From Conidiobolus incongruus B7586 (lineage: Eukaryota), in assembly GCA_000697335.1 (NCBI GenBank), contig JNEM01009929.1, forward strand, positions 1 through 42,774: a stretch of DNA of 42,774 nt, written 5' to 3'. A program made the position numbers and the translations under genes. The notes beneath the pieces were generated by a model that saw only the letters and a program-made list of their open reading frames with translations, made no database searches and was not told the DNA's origin. Shown piece by piece: positions 36,333 to 42,774 of this stretch (positions within the stretch are counted from its first letter, which is position 1; every line of letters starts with the position of its first letter).

Positions 36333-39300
36333 CTAATTTAAAATATCTAACTTCCATTTTATAATAGTAAGATTAACTCTATCTAAGCTAGCATCTGGTG
36401 GAGTAATTGCCTATAAAATTGAATTAATTTGATATTAAAATATATATAATATATTTACCTCTTTCAATTCAGCTTGTAATCTAGGAGAGAAGTCATAAAC
36501 AGTATCTAGTTTAGTATTTAGTTCAGTTTGTAATTGTAAGAATTCAGATTGAAGTTTTTGAGCATCTGAAATTAAGGAGAAATTGATTAAGATCATCAGC
36601 ATGGATTGAACATGTTCTAAACAGATTATGAGTATTATTTCGATAGTATAAGAATCAATATATAAATCATACTTTGAAGATCATTAAATCTCTTAACTAG
36701 ACGACCAATTGAACCGATAAGATATTCTTCTTCATGGTAACTACCCTTCTTACCCTTTTGCTTGGATTTAGCTTGTCTTTTACGATCTCTGGCGGTTTTA
36801 CTATATTATTGATGATTTAATTAATAAAGTATTATTTGGAAAACTATTTGTAATATTACCCTGTACGAATGGATCCAGTAACAGTGGAAGCTTGACTGGA
36901 AATCTTAGTATAAACGGTAAAATTGGTAATATTAGTTGAAGCTTCGGAACGAATGTCCACATTATCCAAGTTTTCATTGTTAACAATATTATCTATATCC
37001 AGATCAATAATACAATTAATATTATTTAATTATCGAATTTACCATATGTGGGAATAGAAGTCAACTCCTTTCTTAATTCAATCAATCTGGCGCTCTGTTT
37101 CTGGAATTGAGTTAACATATCGTTAACATCTTCAAATAATTGATCATAGCCTAATAGTTATAATTTAGTATATGAATTTTATATAATCACAAGGGAATAT
37201 ACCTTCTTTGATTTTGGGTAAAAGATCAGTTTCAATTAAATCTAATCTTTGGTAGAAGTGACACTAAATCATAGATTAAAAAAATATTCATCAATTGCGA
37301 GTGAATTGAATTACCAAGTAAAGTCCATCGGACCATAGACGACCTTCAATGTAAATGGGCAGTGCTTCTTCAGGATCCTAATACAATATTAAGGGTCTTA
37401 AAAATATATATTATTCAAGTTATTATACCTTGAAGTGATCCAATACAAGTTTAGCAGCTTCGTCGAAACGTTCTTGGTCCTTAAGTTTATCTAAAAATGA
37501 ATCAATAAATTTAAACTGCAAATTATATACTGTGTTAAATCTTACCAACTACTTCTCTGACCAATTCACCCACTTGTTCTTCAGTATATTTGAGTTGTTG
37601 AGTGCATTGGTAAGCGAATTGCCAGTTACCCAACTTGACAAAACAAGTAAGAGCTAAAGCATACTCATTACATAAGAGATACACTACGAAAAAATAATTA
37701 AAAAACATAATATTAAAATTAAAAAATAAAATCTACTTGGGCCGGCATTCAAATAATCCTTTTGGGAGATTAAATAATCACCATAAATCTTTCTAACTTC
37801 CTGTAATATTAAGCCATTAACATATGTTAGAAATCTGTAATATATTAAAACCAACCTTTAATTGATCGGCATTCTTAGCAGCAAGCTGGAGAGCTGTTGT
37901 ATAAAGCTGATGAGCTTTACAGTAGTTTAAGAATTCAGACCAGTAGTTTTCACCTAGAATAGCAATGAATATTTAAGATATTCAAAATATTGTTATCTTT
38001 TAATACCACTATTGTACAAATATCCTAAAGCTTTAATATATCTCTTCAAATGATCGTCGATCTTAAAGTATTGGTAAGGAGGATTAAATTGTTTTAATCC
38101 ATCTAAGAATGGAAGATATTCTTTGGGGTCCTAAATAATAAGGATTAATAATTACATGATAATAACAAATAGTCATATAATATACCATATTGGATTGTTG
38201 AGCAACCATTAAGACCAATTCGAAATCATATAGACCTAAAGCACAGTCGAATAATTGTTCGACGTTGACTAAGAAAATAGCATATTTCAAAGTTTCTTCA
38301 GCTAAGTCAATATCATTCACTAAAAATATATTAGTTAATTAGTATAGATAGGATAAATAGTATAATTACTCTTAATAGATTTCAACAACTCCAAAGCTTC
38401 TTCTAAATTAGGAGGAACTTGACGAACGTAAGTGGTCATGACAGTGGGATAATACTCCTTTCCAGTCTTTGTCTTAAGCACCTCTCTAATACCAACACAC
38501 AATAAATCTCTTTTATTATTAAATAACTCAATCAATTTAGCATCCGCTTCATTATTTCTATTGGGCATCATAGGAGGATATAGTTCTTTAAGAACATTCT
38601 TATTGGCCATGCTAGATAAGAAAAGATTCAAGTAGTCGGGATCGTTGACTTGATCCACGAATAAGGGTAAATGATCTAAGAGTTGTTGAGGATTGTAATC
38701 ATAGATGATATTAAGATCGATACGATGTTTACGACATTGAATGAATGCTAAATCATATCTCAAACTATAAAATTATCATTAATAAAAATATCAATATAAT
38801 GTAATAATAGTTAACTAACGCTGTGACTTGATTTAAAACGTTGGCAACGACTAAAGCTCTGGGGTATACGGTTTCTAAATTACCACGAGGCATCTAAACA
38901 ATCATATCAATAAATATAAATGACAAATGTCAACATATATTTAATTACCTGAAGGACGACATTCACATCACCAGGAACCGTCACGACCAATTTACTACCA
39001 CGTTCCAACTTTCTGTGATAAGGTTCCAATTGGTTGACATATTGTTGAATGTTGAATTGATCTAAATATGGGAATTAATATATATTAATAGAAGAATAAT
39101 TTATTAAATTACTTTCATATAATCCCTTCCAATAAATAAATTTGACCAAATGATCTGAGGTAGTAAACAACAGGAACTCATTATGCATAGTGAATGAAGT
39201 ACAGCCTGTTTCGACCAATTGATCATTCACATATAATTTGTTTCTAGCACTTAAGCCGACAAAATATACCTATTAAAATATTAATACCTACTTATATCAA

Positions 39301-41511
39301 TGATAATGTTAAATTACCTCATCTTCGGAATCTTCAATACCCTTGAAAACAGCAAATCTAGGGCATGGTTCAGGGAATTTAAAGTTGGGAAGTTGATCAA
39401 TTCCTTGAATTAAGTCTAATTGATTATTTCCATTCATTTGAACTAAAACATGCATTAGACATATATATTATTATAATTCAACTAACATTTTACCTTGATA
39501 AAAATCACCAGTAACATCTTGAATCAAAGGATTCTGAAGATGTTCAAAGTGAGCTAATTTAATAATAGAGTGGTCCACAGGTAACCAAGATTGATATAAA
39601 ATTTCAACAGGTTCATTCCATCCATTCTCTTGGGATTTGATTTGGATTCTGACAACTACATCAGAGTATGATTCTTCAGAGTAACCTAAGAGATAGATCT
39701 GATCTTGAGCGGGGTAGCTGATTTGTCTGTAGTGAATTTTAGGTAATTCCAAAACGTTTAAATCGAGGAATTGAGATCCCAAAGTAGGAGCGGATTTGAC
39801 ATCTTTGAAAGTGATTAATCCAATTGTGTTGTTATTGAGTAAAACTAGAATGTCATTGCCATGGTTGAATGTGGAGTAGCATACGTGTTGAATTTGGTTG
39901 GATGTTGGGATGGTGTAGGCGCTCATTGGAGGTGGCACATTCATATATTTGAATGGAGTAATCAATAATTGACCTAAAATAATTTAGTAATGATTATATT
40001 TGAATGTTTGATATGCTTACTTCCGTCGACTACTGATACTAATCCCATAGGTTGAATAGGGTTTAAAACAGAACTAGTTAAAGCTTCCAAATGTAAAACA
40101 AAGGAATGAATGACACCTATTGATCCATACCATATTAATATATTATTAAAATGTGTGGTTAATAAAAAAATTACCCAAATAAGCAATGTTGAGATAATTA
40201 AATCTTTCAGTATCCCAAAGGAAGTCAATTTCATTGGTAGCACCAGTTTGAACCAATCCAATCACCAACTCCTGCTTCAGATAGTAGTGATAGTTGCCCA
40301 TTGTCCAAAGTTGAAGGCGATAGTCTTGGAATCCATTGGGGTTATTATATACAATCAATAAACCTAAAATACTAGAATCGCAATTCCATGAAATTTGAAC
40401 GATTCTTTCAATATTCTTAGGTAATGTGAATTCACCATGACGTAAGCCGTTACGTTCGAAGAAAATGATATCATGTCTGTTGGGTGGAGCTCTTTGACTA
40501 CATGTAATTAAATTGCCACTTGGTCTAATATTAAATTAGAAAAACATATATATATATATAGCAATAAATCAATATAAATACCTCCAGTTGACCAAATGTT
40601 CCAATTTATCAACGGGCTCACTAACATTTAACAAATCACCCTCACGAGAGAATACCTTCAACTGTCTAATACCTGTCAGAGGATTAATAATGGAAATGAC
40701 CAAATAGCTGCCATCTCCTCTCCAACTAATCCTAGGCAAATGATCCTCATCTTTGGACAATGTAAATTCAGCAACATTGATCTTTTCTTTGGCAGCTTGT
40801 TTACCGATAGACCCATGGAATTGAGTTTCCTTTTTACCCCAACCAACTGATACTGGGATTTCTATACCTTGATCGTCCAAATGTAGGGGTTGCTCCTTAA
40901 TCACTTCAAAATCTTTTGTCATTAGAAGAAAGTTTTCATGACCTAATCATTTTTTTAAAATAAATCAAATATCAATGTTAAATTTTAACTTTATTACCAG
41001 TGACTATAGCTACCAATTCCTGATCCAGACTCCAAATCATATTTAAAATACCAAAATCAACAGTACCCACTACATCAGTCTAAACCAATTAATCAAAAAA
41101 CTGCAGGCTATAATATTATTTAACTTACTTGAGGATTTTGCTGAGTAATATCAATAGTAACAATATCACCATTTGACAGTGCAATACATAGCAAATCCGA
41201 ATTCACCAAAAAATCAACTCCAACTAAATGAGTTACTTGATCGTCCAAATTTATATATGGAAAATCCACAATTTGTCTATGAATTTTGTGAACACCGTCC
41301 ACCTAAATTGATAATAATTGAATAATTTTGAAAAAAAAATATATTGAATATAGGTTACTTGATAACTGTAAACTCTACAAAGTTCTTGAGTATTGTCTAA
41401 TCCCACGACAAAAGTAACTTTGTTGACTGGGTCATGAGCTAATTTCACTTCGTTACATTCGAATCCTGGGATAGTATACTCAATATGGTTTAATAACGAT
41501 ATACTACGCAT
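36333..41511 (-). CDS. ELP1: Elongator complex subunit 1 (Iki3/ELP1); over 20 exons
   Basis: [47 protein letters not shown]...[21 protein letters not shown]...AQQSNMDP. Stop TAG at 36335-36333. Confidence 0.96.
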
Positions 41512-42774
41512 CTTAAATAAATAAAATTGATATGCCTATATTTCTATTATTTTTTTATTGTTTAAAAAATTATTGAATTAATTTATTTTTATCTTTTTTT
41601 AGTCTATGTATTTTAAGTATTTTATAGTGAATTAATTTTTTATATTTTTTTGGTATTATTTTGTTTTGACATTCAATTTATGGGACAGTTTGGATAATTG
41701 AAATTAATATTTTATATGAGATAGGTACGAAATGGTTGGTAATTTTTCTTGAAAAGTTAATTGAATTATACCAATTCAAAATCAAATTAAAATATTTAAT
41801 TTATTCAATTATTTAACCATAATATCATATTATTTATAAATCAATCGATTAAAATTCATTATTTTTTCAAATATAAAATCTAATATTATTTAACTATGTG
41901 ATAGTAAATTTGAAAGGCATAATTTTTTCTAATTATATTTTATCTTTAATTATAAGTATTTAATACATTCTTTAATAATGATAAGAAATTTTTTGAATAA
42001 AATATATAAGAAATGAATTTGGTGCTTAATACCTTGATTTAAAACCAAAATAACCAATTTCTAAATATATCATATTCAATAACAATTTTATATTTTGTGA
42101 TAAATTAATTTCTATTGATAATTAAACTTTTAATATAAAAAAGATTAACTAAGAATAAAAGCTATAATAATTCTTATTTATATTATAAAAATTTATGAAA
42201 CTAATAAATTGATAATTCTATCTATATATAAATTTCCAGTAAAACTTAAAAATTTTGACATCATTAATTATATTAATATTAATTTTATTAATTTTCTTAA
42301 AAATATAATTAATATATTAGATCATTAAATAAGTATTTTTATGATTCACTAGTTAATTTTTGATAAAGCTATTTCAAAATATTAATTTTTGGAAAATTTT
42401 AATGAAAAAGATTAGTTAAATCCATTAGCAATTTATTTATTATCTATTTGACAATTATTTAGGGTTTTAACTATAAACTTTTAACTATTTATAGAATTAT
42501 ATTACTAAACTAATATTATAATTTAATAAAATTTCTTTTAAAAATTTAATTCAATTTTATAAAATAATTTATAAAGATAATAATATCATTGATTTTCAAA
42601 TAATCAAAAAAATATATCATTAATATTAATATAAGTATTATGAGTTATTAAATAGCTAGTTTATATATCTTAGAGTTAATATAAATAATAAAAAATATAA
42701 ATTAAAATTATATCAAAATAATTGATTATTTTTTATATCCTAATTTAGTGATATTAAAATTTAAATAATATATA

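Overview
AT-rich eukaryotic genomic DNA with many short (about 50 nt) introns. Gene content and intron style suggest an early-diverging fungus, plausibly Zoopagomycota such as Conidiobolus (inference). Genes in order: CAP/SCP protein, secreted two-repeat protein, GINS subunit SLD5 (two apparent frameshifts), DML1/Misato, carbamoyl-phosphate synthase small subunit CPA1/arg-2, topoisomerase III alpha, Mpv17/SYM1, prenylcysteine oxidase, GUF1/EF4, SRR1-domain protein, a DMC1 pseudogene, an F-box/LRR-like protein, an RRM protein with MLLE-like C-terminal helices, and Elongator ELP1. Best signals not shown by the ORF track: (1) a textbook AT-AC minor-spliceosome (U12) intron in SRR1 at 27259-27331, needed to complete the domain, plus a U12-like GT donor in DML1; (2) a 25-codon arginine attenuator peptide uORF ending 17 nt before the CPA1 start; (3) a DMC1 copy decayed mostly by G:C to A:T changes beside a GC-depleted block; (4) a possible Rrm4-like mRNA transport protein. 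Exon structures were traced by eye.
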